64,000 nt of DNA from Felis catus (taxonomy: Eukaryota), in assembly GCF_018350175.1 (NCBI RefSeq), contig NC_058368.1, forward strand, positions 1,116,001 through 1,180,000, given 5' to 3'. The first letter of the stretch is position 1; each line of letters opens with the position of its first letter. The notes beneath the pieces were generated by a model that saw only the letters and a program-made list of their open reading frames with translations, was not told the origin of the DNA and did not search any database. Of this stretch, positions 48,361-59,560 are shown in pieces. The translations under genes and the position numbers were made by a program.

Positions 48361-48910
48361 TGTGCTGTTTGTCATTATATCACATCTCAGCTCTATACCC
48401 ACCCGTCTTTGCCCTCCTTTGTGATATTGGAGCTGGACTCTATGATTTCTTTTGCTGATGTCACAATGTCAAACCTCGTCAGTAAGAGGCACTGGTGGAC
48501 ACTGAAAGAGGAAGGGGCTTCTCTTGGGTTTCAGGATTTGGTTTCCTCGTGTTCATGGTAAGGCTGCCCAACAGATTCTCAGTAGGAAGCTTCCCAGTGA
48601 GATTCACCGGCACCTCATCGGTGGGTTCCTGGGTATTAGCCCAGCCTCAGCACCTCATCACACTTCTCTGCCACAACCACACCCTGTCCACCTTGGGGAG
48701 AGGGCTTTTCTGAGCAGGCCCTTCTGTGGGCACTCCCCTTCCATCCTGGAAATATTAGTTTCTCTGTACACCTGATATTTCTGTATTCTTTAGGGTTCTC
48801 TCTATCTCAGGTATTTCCCTAGTTGCTAGTTAATCATTCTTCCTGTTAAAGTTTCTCTGTTCGTATTACTGGTATGGTTTCTGTCTCCCAGCTGGACCCC
48901 GATTGGCACA
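48361..48910 (+). mobile_element. LTR41-like (ERVL) solo LTR
   Basis: TG...CA ends; 3' end GGTTTCTGTCTCCCAGCTGGACCCCGATTGGCACA is typical of old ERVL LTRs. Confidence 0.7.
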
Positions 48911-49076
48911 TATAGTACTATCAATGTATTTTATCAAAATGTGTGATGTAGTTGTATTGGCACAACGGTAGAGGGGAGATAGCTATAGTTACAAGAAGGG
49001 TGTGTGCAATAGGAGAGTCAGCTTTTCTATGATGGAGGGGTGGTGGTCAGCAGATTACATTAAAAAGTTAAAAACG

Positions 49077-49288
49077 GGGGCGCCTGGGTGGCTCAGTCAG
49101 TTAAGCGTCCGACTTCGGCTCAGGTCACGATCTCGCGGTCCGTGAGTTCGAGCCCCGCGTCGGGCTCTGGGCTGACGGCTCAGAGCCTGGAGCCTGTTTC
49201 AGATTCTGTGTCTCCCTCTCTCTCTGACCCTCCCCTGTTCATGCTGTGTCTCTCTCTGTCTCAAAAATAAATGTTAAAAAAATTTTTT
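49077..49288 (+). mobile_element. Young SINEC_Fc
   Basis: TSD AAAAAGTTAAAAAC; CpG-rich. Confidence 0.94.
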
Positions 49289-49491
49289 TAAAAGTTAAAA
49301 ACAAAAAAATACACTACAAGTGCATTTAGAAATATGGCTGAAACGACCAGAAAATGGAGCTTAACGACATGAAAGTTATTCCCTTTGGAGAGCAACAGGA
49401 TGGCAGACGGGAGACTGCTAGTTTTCGTTATACGGCTTTTAGTACTGCTCCATTTTTAAATTATTTAAATGTGTTACTTAAACATTTTAAA

Positions 49492-49950
49492 TTTATTCAC
49501 AATAGCCAAAAGGTGGAAACTCTCCAATTGTCTGTCAACAGGTGAATGGATAAAAAAAATGTAATCTACAGATACAAAGGAATATTATTCAACCTTAAAA
49601 GGAAAAGCAAAATACTGACACATGCTATAACATGGATGAGCCTTGAAAATGTTATGGTGGAACAAACCAGACACAGAAGGGCAAATATCGTGTGCTTCCA
49701 CTTATATGAAGTACCTAGAATAGGCAAATTCATAGAGACAGAAAGTAGAATGGGGGTTGCCAGGGGAGGGGGGAGAGGAGGGCAGGGGATTATTGTTTAA
49801 CGGGTACAGAGTTTCAGCTTGGAAAGGTGAAGAAGTTCTGAAAATGGACAGCGACGATGGTTGCGCATCTATGCGAACGGACTTAATGCCACTGAACCGC
49901 CCATTTAAAAATGGTTAAAATGGTAAACTTCATGGTGTCTATTTTATCAT
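49492..49950 (+). mobile_element. L1MB-like 3' end
   Basis: TTCACAATAGCCAAAAGGTGGAAAC...ACATGGATGAGCCTTGAAAA...AAAATGGTTAAAATGGTAAA. Confidence 0.88.
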
Positions 49951-50429
49951 ATCAAGAAAGTTTCAATTTCATAAAATTGGCACGTTCAAGATATGGGAAC
50001 ATGTCTTGAAGAGGTAGAACATTAATTCATACCTGATGACTTGGAATATTAACACCTCTGAGGAGATAATTACACGTTGGTTGGAGAATGAGGTATTTTG
50101 GGAATTTTATGTAATCATTCACCACGCAAAGTTATCTTGTCTCTGTCTTCCATATTAAATGGCCACCACCTTGTTTCTTTGACCTCAGTCATTATTTCAC
50201 TCCTGAGAAAAACACGTGTATCAAAGAGCCGTGTTCAACATGGCGTTCCATGACTCGCTGAACGGGCATTTCTACCTCTTTCAAGAAGTATTGAAAGACC
50301 TACGACGGTTTCGGGCCTGCCGGGCACTGTGTAAACAGAGATGAATAGTATTCCCTCAAAATCTTCCTCATAATCTAACAGGACGGACAAGGAGAAAAAA
50401 GGGCCTGTGACACAACGTGAGAGAAGACC

Positions 50430-51200
50430 AGGGACAGCGCGGCAGAGGGCTGGAGTCGGGCCTTCCAAGGCGAAAGGGAGTTTGTCCTGCGGCCGCGGGA
50501 ACCAGGGAGAAGCGGCCTCGTGGGTGCGTCAGGCCTGAGACGCCTGGAGCACCGTCCTTCGCTCTGCTTCGAGTCCGTCACGGCCGCAGATCGGCCGATC
50601 CCTACACTGCACTTCCGAGCCACCCGGTTCACTTGCACGAGGGCTGTGAATCGCTGGCCCTCGGGTCATGGCCGCGGCGGCAGGCTGTGGGGAGCACCGC
50701 GAGTCGGTCTCCGGAAGCGTTCAAAACGGAGTCACAGAGTCACCGGGGAGACTAAACCCAGCGGCGGGGCCGGAGCCAAGAGGGGCGAAGCCTCACGCGG
50801 GTGCCGGAGGGCGCGTGCGCCCGGGGACTGAGGGAAGGGAGCCCCGGCCTCGGGCCGGCCTCGCGCTCCGACCTCTGGCGGCGGCTGCACTTGAGGAGGA
50901 GACGGACGGAGGGCTGCCTCTCCCGCCCGCCGGCAGGAGGCGGGAGGTGGGGGCGGAGGGAGGGCCGTGGCGCTGGCCCCGGAAACGGAGCCGGTGTGGG
51001 AGTCAGGCGAGCGGCGCCGGGTGGCTTCACGATCTGGGACCCCTTGAAAATAACGCTCTTCAAACAGGATTGAATAGAGACGCTGCCCTGGGAGTGGTGG
51101 TGGGTAGGAAGGAGGCCGGGAGGAAGGACTCGGCCTCTCGCCGAAGGTCCTCCGGGAGTCCGCTCGGGCCTCCGATTCACACACCCCACTCGGCAGGCCA
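50430..51200. promoter_or_regulatory. CpG island / probable promoter with no recognisable downstream gene
   Basis: Abrupt GC- and CpG-rich segment. ETS motifs CACTTCCG (50610), CCGGAAGC (50711), CCGGAAAC (50979); NRF1-like GCGCGTGCGC (50811); GC box GGGGGCGGAG (50949). Confidence 0.8.
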
Positions 51201-51247
51201 GGGGTCACCTGGAGGCGCCCTCCAGAGGAGGCAGTGTGGGGGCCATC

Positions 51248-51959
51248 TGTTGTGGTTTGGGTATGTCCTTGGGGGATGGCCTCAAGGCGATCGAACGGCT
51301 GACCAAAGCCCATCCTCCCACCACCCTTGCTGCTCTTGCTGAGAGGCGGTCTGCAAACACCAGTTCTCTGTGCGGTGGTGTAAGCAGAGAGAGAGTTAGG
51401 GGTCCCCCCCCCCAAAAAAAAGACAGACTTAGCTTTTTGGTGATACAAGAAGAAGGCATTTTAGGCCCCGGCCATCTCGTGAAAGAACGTAAGAATAAAT
51501 AGCCCCTATCGGGCCAGGAGAAACCCTAATCACGCCGGGGACAAGAAATCCGTGGTAAAACTCCCAGTGCTGATTCCAAAGTGGAGACTGACCTGACGCA
51601 CATCCTTGAGTTATCTCCGCAAGATCTAACCCCCTGTGAGCACTCAGATAATGGAGCGACTGGAGCCAGAGACTCGTTGACATTGACCCTTGCTGGCCCT
51701 CCTGACTTTGACCTGTATTCTCTCACCTTGGGATGACTTCCATGCCCCCCCCTCCCCGCACCGCCCCCTCCGTGAATATGTATGCCCCTTAGCCTAAAAC
51801 TTCCCCTGTTTTATTATTGGAGGAGACACTGCTTTGGGAAAGATCCCTGGGGCTTTCCTTTACCTGTTGCAAGTAAAACCCTTCCTTTTCCGATTCTTTG
51901 GCCTGGTTGTGTCTCTTGGCCTGACACTCACCAAGCACCAAATGCAGCTTCCGGTAACA
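51248..51959 (+). mobile_element. Probable ERV solo LTR (left boundary uncertain)
   Basis: TGTT...AACA ends; GGAGACACTGCTTTGGGAAAGATCCC...GCAAGTAAAA R/U5-like region; no clear TSD. Confidence 0.55.
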
Positions 51960-52112
51960 GTTACATTTCTGGTCATGTTTTAGTGCCCTTTACTGGACTG
52001 GCATCCCAACAAGAGGCCGCCTGGCCTACCTCGTCTCCAGTTGTAGTGGTGAGGATGGGCCGTGCGGCAGGCCTCGATGTCTGGCTCATGGTAAGTAGTT
52101 GGTAAGAGCAAT

Positions 52113-52143
<31 letters not shown>
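52113..52143. repeat. (TTA)n microsatellite
   Basis: Read directly. Confidence 0.9.
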
Positions 52144-52145
<2 letters not shown>

Positions 52146-52192
52146 GAAGTTGACTAGGCTTACAAAATTCTTCAGTTGAAAAGCAAGAGTAA

Positions 52193-52412
52193 GGGCATCT
52201 GGGGGGCTCGGTTAAGCGTCTGACCTCGGCTCGGGTCATGATCTCACGGTTTGTGGGTTCAAGCCCCGCACTGGGCTCTGTACTGACAACTCAGAGCCTG
52301 GAGCCGGCTTCGGATTCTGTGTCTCCCTCTCTCTCTGCCCCTCCCCCTCTCATGCTCTGTCTCTCTGCCCCTGTCCCCCCCCCCCAAATAAACATTAAAA
52401 AAGAAAGAAAGA
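52193..52412 (+). mobile_element. CAN-SINE
   Basis: TSD GAAAAGCAAG(A/G)GTAA. Confidence 0.92.
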
Positions 52413-53827
52413 AAAGCAAGGGTAAAACCATGTCCATTTTTTCTGAACCTGAAGGAAAAGGATCTATATTTAAGTGTTATCTGTTGTCACCTGAGCCCAG
52501 CTGGGTATACTTGAATTTGTTCCTTTGGGTAAGAAAACAGCATGTGTTGACTTAAGTTGGTGGGTAATTCAAAGAGCTTCAGATCTTCACATCTTGAATA
52601 GCTTGTATGTGTTGGTCAGGCATCACGTACAACTATTTTTTTCCTCAAGGTGTACACGAAGGAGAGTTTTCTCTTTGGCAGTGTGTGTGGGATCGCGCTG
52701 TTTGAGGGACGTTTCAGCTAGTGATGAGGACGAGCGTCACTAAAGAAAGAATTGCATTTATTTTATAACTGAAGTCTCTGTGGTAGCTTCGTAGAAGCCC
52801 TCAAGACCTAGCCGAGTTTTTTTCAAAGCTTTTTCTATGAAAAACCACGCCATCTGAAAGAAGAGGTAATTGTTTAAATTTCCTTCTTCTTTCTTCTTCT
52901 CTCCCCCCAGTCTGATGATGTTGACCAGAAGCTTCTCCATCCTACTGAATTAAATGTCTGAGACCCTCATGTGGTCAAGCTTTCAGCTAATACACAACAA
53001 AGAACTGCAGGCCACGCACTGACACTGTGTAATGAAAGGCTGATGGAAACGCATTCTGGGAACTGCAGGAAGTCGAGGACATGAAGGAAAAAGACATTAA
53101 AGACTTTCTGTGTCAGAGATAGTAGAAAATGATTGATTACCTTTTAGAGGTAGGATTCTTGCATAACGGCTTTCTGGACAATTCATATTCTTCTGGGTAA
53201 AATACTCTGCTTTGGACTTTTTAATTGTGGGGATCAGATTATTTTGTAAGAGCAGTAAAGAATATTAAATTGTAACCAGGAGGGAGAAACATCTTAACAC
53301 AACAAATAGATCTGAAATTTGATCTTTTAGCGTGTGATTTCCCCATCCGGTCCTTATCTGTGTATTCATATTCTTTGTATATAAATACAATTATGTTTAT
53401 GTTCCACATTTTCATTGAAATATGTGTTTTTATATAGTTCCTTTGATGGTTTTTCATTATGTACAATATTGCTGTAGTTACACACTTAAAAATGTTTTTA
53501 AGCATAAGGTCATTGGGAAGAGGCTGCCATTCTGTTTTACTTGTTGCTGTTGTCAAGGTGAATTTCATATTTATTAAGGCCCACCAATGAAATTCATGTC
53601 TGTGCTAGTCTTTGAAATAAGTTAAAAGATACAAAAAACTTAACCCCCCAAAGACTTTTGTGGATCTTTTCTCCAGAAATGGCAAAAACAATACTCTTCT
53701 CTCATTAATGCTTATGTATTTGATCAATACTCTTAATTGGATACACACAATGGGCAAGTCAGTTTCTGCCCTCGGTGAGTTCATTATCTACAGGAGAGGT
53801 AACTGACTGTCTTATAGTGATGTGTCT

Positions 53828-53883
53828 CAAATACCATGCTTTCACTCATATGTGGAATTGAAGAAACAAAACAAATGAGCAAA

Positions 53884-53887
<4 letters not shown>
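53828..53887 (+). repeat. 60-bp L1 segment, perfect inverted repeat of 56854-56913
   Basis: 60/60 reverse-complement identity, checked block by block. Confidence 0.95.
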
Positions 53888-53926
<39 letters not shown>

Positions 53927-54081
53927 CAAGTCAGGGAGGGGCCGAGAGAGAGGGAGAGAGAGAATCTGAATCAGGCTCCAGGGCTGTCAACATAGAGCCT
54001 AATGTGGGGCTTGATCTCATGAACTGTGAGATCATGTCCTGAGAGTCGGACACTTAACCAACTGAGCCATCCAGGCACCCC
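53888..54081 (-). mobile_element. CAN-SINE lacking its tail
   Basis: (GA)n and reverse head present; no T-rich tail and no left TSD. Confidence 0.9.
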
Positions 54082-55575
54082 TAGACAGAAGACATTTTAG
54101 TATCAGAGATAAATAAAAGCAGTCACTAAAGAAAGGACCACTAGGCATGTCAGAAGAATAACGAGTGGTCCACATTTGTTGAAGTGTAGAGTTCACATGG
54201 GGAAATGGTGCTGAAAAAGCCAACAGCAGCGTGGCTCTGGGTTATGGAGGGTCTTGAGGATTTGTCTAAATGAAAAGCCACAGATTGGTTTTCAATAGGT
54301 AAATGACTTCAACATGCAGCTTTAAAATGTTAATCTGGGTGGTTTCGCTCAAGATGGGCTGAACAGGGGCCATCTGCAGGCAGAGAATACAGTTAAATGG
54401 CCAGGAAATGAGTGGCAGAAATAGAAGGTGAGGGTTGCCAGGCAGAGGAGCTGGGAACAGGAGAATGGATACAATTTGGACTGAAGAAGAGGGAGAAATA
54501 AACGATTATTCTGGGGTTTTGAGTTTGGGATGGTGAAAGATGCCACAAACTGAAAGGACCCTTAGGACCCTTAAGACCCTTAGTACTCAGTTTGAGGCAG
54601 TTCCTAAATCCAGCTTTGGACACGTTGAGTTTGGGGTCTAGATGAAATATTGAAGCTCAAGCGAAAGGCAGGAAGAGACGGGGGTTGATCACAAAGACAT
54701 ACAGACCTAGAAATGAACGAGATCTCAAAAGGGGAACTGTATACACGGAAAGGAACAAAGGACAGAAATTTGGGGAATGACCATATTTAAGGTTAATAGA
54801 AAGAGACTATAGGGCACAACCAGGAGCCTGGCGGTCAGTAAATACACTGTTGTAAGGCAGGGGTGGGGATTAAAAAAGATGGGGATGTCTAGGATGTCAG
54901 AAGCACTGGGGCAAACACAGACGTTGAATTAAAAACACAGACTAGGTACTTGAAAAAGTTCCACTGCCCCCTCCAGAGAATTTTGCTAGTGAAAAGGAAG
55001 AGGAGATATTGGAGCTCGGTTTCCCTTCTGAGGCTGCCCTGGAAGTAGGCACTTCAGTTGTCAGAGGGTGATTCATCCTGACTCATATTCCCTGTAGAAG
55101 AATCCGAGAGGTGGGGCCGGACTTCAGCCGCGCCCCCGCCCCCCTTGGGTTCCCAGCCCTCTGCGCACTTTGGCCTTCTGCCTGTCGTCTGAAGAGCTGA
55201 AAGGTTCCACTGGCCACTTCTCATCACAACACAGTCTAGGAACACATTCAGCACACCTGTAGAACTGGAAGATGCACCCGTGACTGAAGAAATTTAACAG
55301 GAATTGAATGAAAAACAAATTCAAATGGTAACATCTGAGCCAAAAGAGAAAGGGAGAAAACCCTATGTTTGGCCTCTTCCAACTGGTGGTTTTTACTGGC
55401 CGGTGTACCGAATCCATTTGCATCTGGAGATTAGCAGAACTTCCCTCTTCTCCACCCTCATCCCAAACAGCAGCCCACATTGGACAACCCAAATCCAAAA
55501 TGCCACATGCCCCAGAAGTCCGAGCCCAGTGACAGATTCGAAGAATTTCAGAGTAGGAAAGACTTCAGAGATAAG

Positions 55576-55791
55576 TAGTAGGTTGTAAACTACTGCCTGG
55601 TGGTCGAATCCTGCCATGGCCCTTTTGGGTAAAGTTTTATTGGTACACAGCCACACCCATTGGGTCCCATAGTATCTATGGGTGCTTTCTCGCAACAGTG
55701 GCAGAATTGAGCCGCTGCATAGAGACCGTCTGGCTGGCAAAATCTAAAGTGTTTACTGTTTAGCTCTGTACAGAAAGTTTGACGAACGCTG
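55576..55791. mobile_element. MER58A-like hAT element
   Basis: AAAGTTTTATTGGTACACAGCCACACCCATT...GGCAGAATTGAG...TACAGAAAGTTTG. Confidence 0.82.
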
Positions 55792-56627
55792 GATTATAGG
55801 GCTGGCTACCTAGCTAGCTGTGCTCTCATTGTGAGCGGACAGACCTCTCTCTTTCAACCTGGGAAAATTGTGATGCTTCTAAAAAGCACCAGGAACACTT
55901 TTTGGAAGTCAGAGTTTTCCATCAAGTGGCTTTGGCTAGATTCCAGATAGTTTCTATTCATCCGGCGGTAGAGCTGGACTGGGGCACATGGCATAAAAAC
56001 AATTCTCAGACCTCACTTTTGTTTCTGCTCAATCCCTTGTCCTTTTAACCAGCACAATAAAAGTGCTTCAATAAGCAGGGTCAAGTAGGATATACCAGAG
56101 AGAAATGTGAACACGAGATTACAGGCTGTGATTAGAGGCTCCGACGTGTGCTGAATGCCCTTCAATCACATGGTCCGAACTAAGGCCACCATTTATTATA
56201 AAACAAACTGCCCAGCTCTTGGAGGCATGGAATAGATGACAACTGCATTTTAAAATGTTTTGTGCAAGTAAATGAATAGTCATTTTGGAAAACAGGGAAG
56301 CAAAGTTTCAAAACAGCTGAAAATGTTTTCAAATGTCCATATTTTTGTGTTCTTGGGGATTTTGGTTCTTCTAGTTCTCAAGCGGCATGTGAAATGATGC
56401 TCTCACACCAGTTCACAAGCACCAGGGTCTTTTGGTTTTGGACAGATGGAAAAATGAAAGCCCGTTAACTTTTGGGGATTAAGTTCACCGAACTATTCTG
56501 AATTTACTTGAATAAAGTCAGGAGAAGTCCTCCCATGTGGTGAGACATGTGTGCTCCTGGGCTGCCGAGAGGGGAATAATTCGTTATGGTGTTTTGGGGA
56601 AGCAGTTTGACAATATGAATCAAAAAT

Positions 56628-57457
56628 CTTTTTTTTTTTTACTTTAAACAGGTAATATTTTATGAGCACATATTAATTTTATAATTTTTATTTGTTTTAT
56701 TTTATTATCATTATTTTTTTCATCAGGATAAATGTACTCTTTAGTTCCCACCCCTTATTTCACCCATCCCCCCACCCACCTCCCCTCTGGTAACCCTCAG
56801 TTTGTTCTCAACAGTTAAGAGTCTGTTTCTTGAGTTGTTTCTCTCTCTCTGTTTTCCTTTGCTCATTTGTTTTGTTTCTTCAATTCCACATATGAGTGAA
56901 AGCATGGTATTTGTCTTTCTCTGACTGACTTATTTCTCTTAGCATTATATTCTCTAGCTCTATCCATGTTGTTGCAAATGGCAAGATTACATTCTTTTTA
57001 AGGCCGAATAATATTCCATTATATATACATACCACATCTTCTTTATTCATTCTTCTACTGATCAACACTTGGCTGCTTCCATAATTTGGCTATTGTAAAC
57101 AATGCTGCAATAAACATAAGGGTGCATGTATTCTTTGGAATTAGTGTTTTTGTATTTTGGGGGGTAAACAGCCAGTAGTGCAATTACTGGGTCATAGGGT
57201 AGTTCTATTTTTAGTTTTTCGAGGAACCTCCATACTGTTTTCCAGAGTGGCTGCACCAGTTTGCATTCCTACCAACAGTGCAAAAGGATTCCTTTTTCTC
57301 CACATCCTCACCAACACGTGCTGTTTCTTGTGTTTTTGATTTTAGCCATTCTGACAGGTGTGAGGTGGTATCTCATTGTAGTTTTGATTTGTATTTCCCT
57401 GATGGTTAGTGATGTTGAGCATTTTTTCATGTGTCTGTTGGCCATCTGGATGTCTTC
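56628..57457 (-). mobile_element. 5'-truncated carnivore L1 (L1_Carn-like) 3' end, inserted in an older L1
   Basis: Minus-strand ORF2 C-terminal peptides [22 protein letters not shown] and ILPFATTWIELENIML; TSD TATGAATCAAAAA (56614-56626 and 57458-57470). Confidence 0.92.
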
Positions 57458-57544
57458 TATGAATCAAAAAGTCATAATCAAGTTTATATCCATCAACCCA
57501 GCAATCCCACTTCTAGGAATTTGTCCTAAAGAAATAGTGGTGTA

Positions 57545-58016
57545 GGGGCACCTGGGTGGCTCAGACGGTTAAGCGTCAGACTCTTGATTTCAGTCCAGAT
57601 CATGATCTCATGGTTTCGTGAGTTTGAGCCCTGAGTCGGGCTCTGTGCTGATGGCACAGAACCTGCTTAGGATTATATGTCTTCCTCTCTCTCTGCCCCT
57701 CCCCTGCTCATGCTCTTGCTCTTTCTCTCAAAAACAAATTTTTAAAAAAGTAAAAAAAAAAAAATATGAGGCGCCTGGGTGGCGCAGTCGGTTAAGCGTC
57801 CGACTTCAGCCAGGTCACGATCTCGCGGTCCGTGAATTCGAGCCCCGCGTCAGGCTCTGGGCTGATGGCTCGGAGCCTGGAACCTGTTTCCGATTCTGTG
57901 TCTCCTTCTCTCTCTGCCCCTCCCCCGTTCATGCTCTGTCTCTCTCTGTCCCAAAAATAAATAAAAACGTTGAAAAAAATTAAAAAAAAATAAAAGTAAA
58001 AAAAATAAAGAAAAAA
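57545..58016 (+). mobile_element. CAN-SINE with a younger SINEC_Fc (from ~57768) in its A tail
   Basis: Two heads and two tails; outer TSD AAATAGTG(G/A)TGT. Confidence 0.9.
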
Positions 58017-58227
58017 ATAGTGATGTGGAAGATATTTACATATAATATGCATTCTTTAAAATAAACAAAAATTGGAAATAATTTAAATGTCCAACAATTA
58101 GATTCTACTTAAACAAATTGTCATACATTTATTTATATGGTGGAATATCATGGAACCTTAAAATTAGGGTTTTGAAGAAAATGCATTAACATGGAGAAAT
58201 GTTCATAATATATTAAGAAAAAAAGTA

Positions 58228-58452
58228 TTTTTTTTTGTTTTAATGTTTATTTATATTTGAGAAAGAGAGAGAGACAGAGACAGAGCACCAGCAGGGGAGG
58301 GGCAGAGAGCGAGGGAGACACAGAATCTGAAGCAGGCTCCAGGCTCTGAGCTGTCAGCACAGAGCCCGACGCGGGGCTCTAACCCACAACCTAAGAGATC
58401 ATGACCTGAGCTGAAATTGGATGCTCAACCAACTGAGCCACCCAGGCACCCC
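58228..58452 (-). mobile_element. CAN-SINE
   Basis: Reverse SINEC motifs. Confidence 0.92.
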
Positions 58453-58511
58453 CCAAAAAAACCATTAATGAATGTTAGCGAAGTTTATCTCTAGGTAGTG
58501 AGATTTAAAAA

Positions 58512-58721
58512 TTTATTTTTATTTTTTACATGTATTTATTTTTGAGAGACAGAGTGTGAATGGGGGAGGGGCAGAGAGAGAAGGAGACACAGAATCTGAA
58601 GCAGGCTCTAGGCTCTGAGCTGTCAGCACAGAGCCCAGAGCAGGGCTCAAACCCACGAACTGTGACATCATGACCTGAGCTGAAGTTGGACACTCAACAA
58701 ACTGAGCCACCCAGATGCCCC
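58512..58721 (-). mobile_element. CAN-SINE
   Basis: TSD TAGGTAGTGAGATTT. Confidence 0.92.
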
Positions 58722-58779
58722 TAGGTAGTGAGATTTTAAATGTCTTTTATATTTTTCTTAATAATTTGGTGTTTGTAGT

Positions 58780-59560
58780 TTCAGTATAATGTGAAGATTT
58801 TTTTTTTTTTTGGACTTGGGATTTATTGGGATTTTGATCTACAGATCAGATCTTTCATTAATTCTGGCAAATTCTTAGCTGTAATCTTTTCAGTTATTTT
58901 CTCTGCTCCTTCTCCATTTCCTTTCCTTCTAGTATATTGGTTACATATAAGACCTTCCCTATTCTTCCTCTCTCTGAACCTCCTTTTCATACTTTCCATT
59001 TCTTTGGCTCACCATGCAGCATCCTGGATGATTTCTTCAGCTATATCCATATTGTTCAGATCAGCAATTCTTTCTTCAGTTTTGTGTTAAATCTATCTAC
59101 TGAGTTTTAAATTTCAATTATTATTATTATATTTTTAATTTCTAGAACTTCTATTTGGTCATTATAATTTCTTGTTCTCTGCACATATATTTTTTAAAGT
59201 TTATTTATTTTTGAGAAAGAGCATGAGTGGGGGGAAGGGCAGAGAAAGAGGAAGAGAGAGAATACCAGGCAGGCTCCACACCATCAGCATGATGCCAGAT
59301 GTGGGGCTCAAACTCATGAACTGTGAGGTCATGACCTGAGCCAAAATTAAGAGTCAGATGCTTAACTGACTGAGCCACCCAGGAGCCCCTCTGCACCTAT
59401 TTTTATCTTGTCTTTTAGTTGTTTAAAATAGTAAATATAGTTATTTTACATCCTGTGTCTGATAATTCTAAAATCTCCAGTCTTTGTAGGTCTGTTTCTG
59501 CCATCTGTTGTTTCTGTTTATTGTCACATTTCTTTTGTGCATGTAATGAGTTTTATCTGT
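58780..59560 (-). mobile_element. Old L1 ORF1-region fragment
   Basis: TCTTTCATTAATTCTGGCAAATTCTTAGC...AATCTATCTACTGAGTTTTAAATTTCA...TGTGTCTGATAATTC. Confidence 0.7.
59189..59389 (-). mobile_element. CAN-SINE
   Basis: TSD TCTGCAC(A/C)TA. Confidence 0.9.

Larger units (their letters stand above)
46420..49470 (+). mobile_element. HAL1/old L1 ORF1-like element, fragmented by SINEs and LTRs
   Basis: CCAAGACACATCATTGTGAAATTTCA...GGAATCAGAATG...TGGTGCAATGCCTTTAAAATTCTGAGGGAAA...CCAAACTATCA. Confidence 0.7.

Noticed and set aside
50525..50600. Short palindromes GCGTCAGGCCTGAGACGC and GATCGGCCGATC
   Set aside because: Too short to exceed chance in GC-rich sequence; no supporting structure.
50668..51448. 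Longest ORFs in the track (224 aa on +, 238 aa on -) and other overlapping ORFs in the CpG island
   Set aside because: Low-complexity Gly/Arg/Pro/Ala translations in several frames on both strands, as expected from stop-codon scarcity in GC-rich DNA. No recognisable domain.
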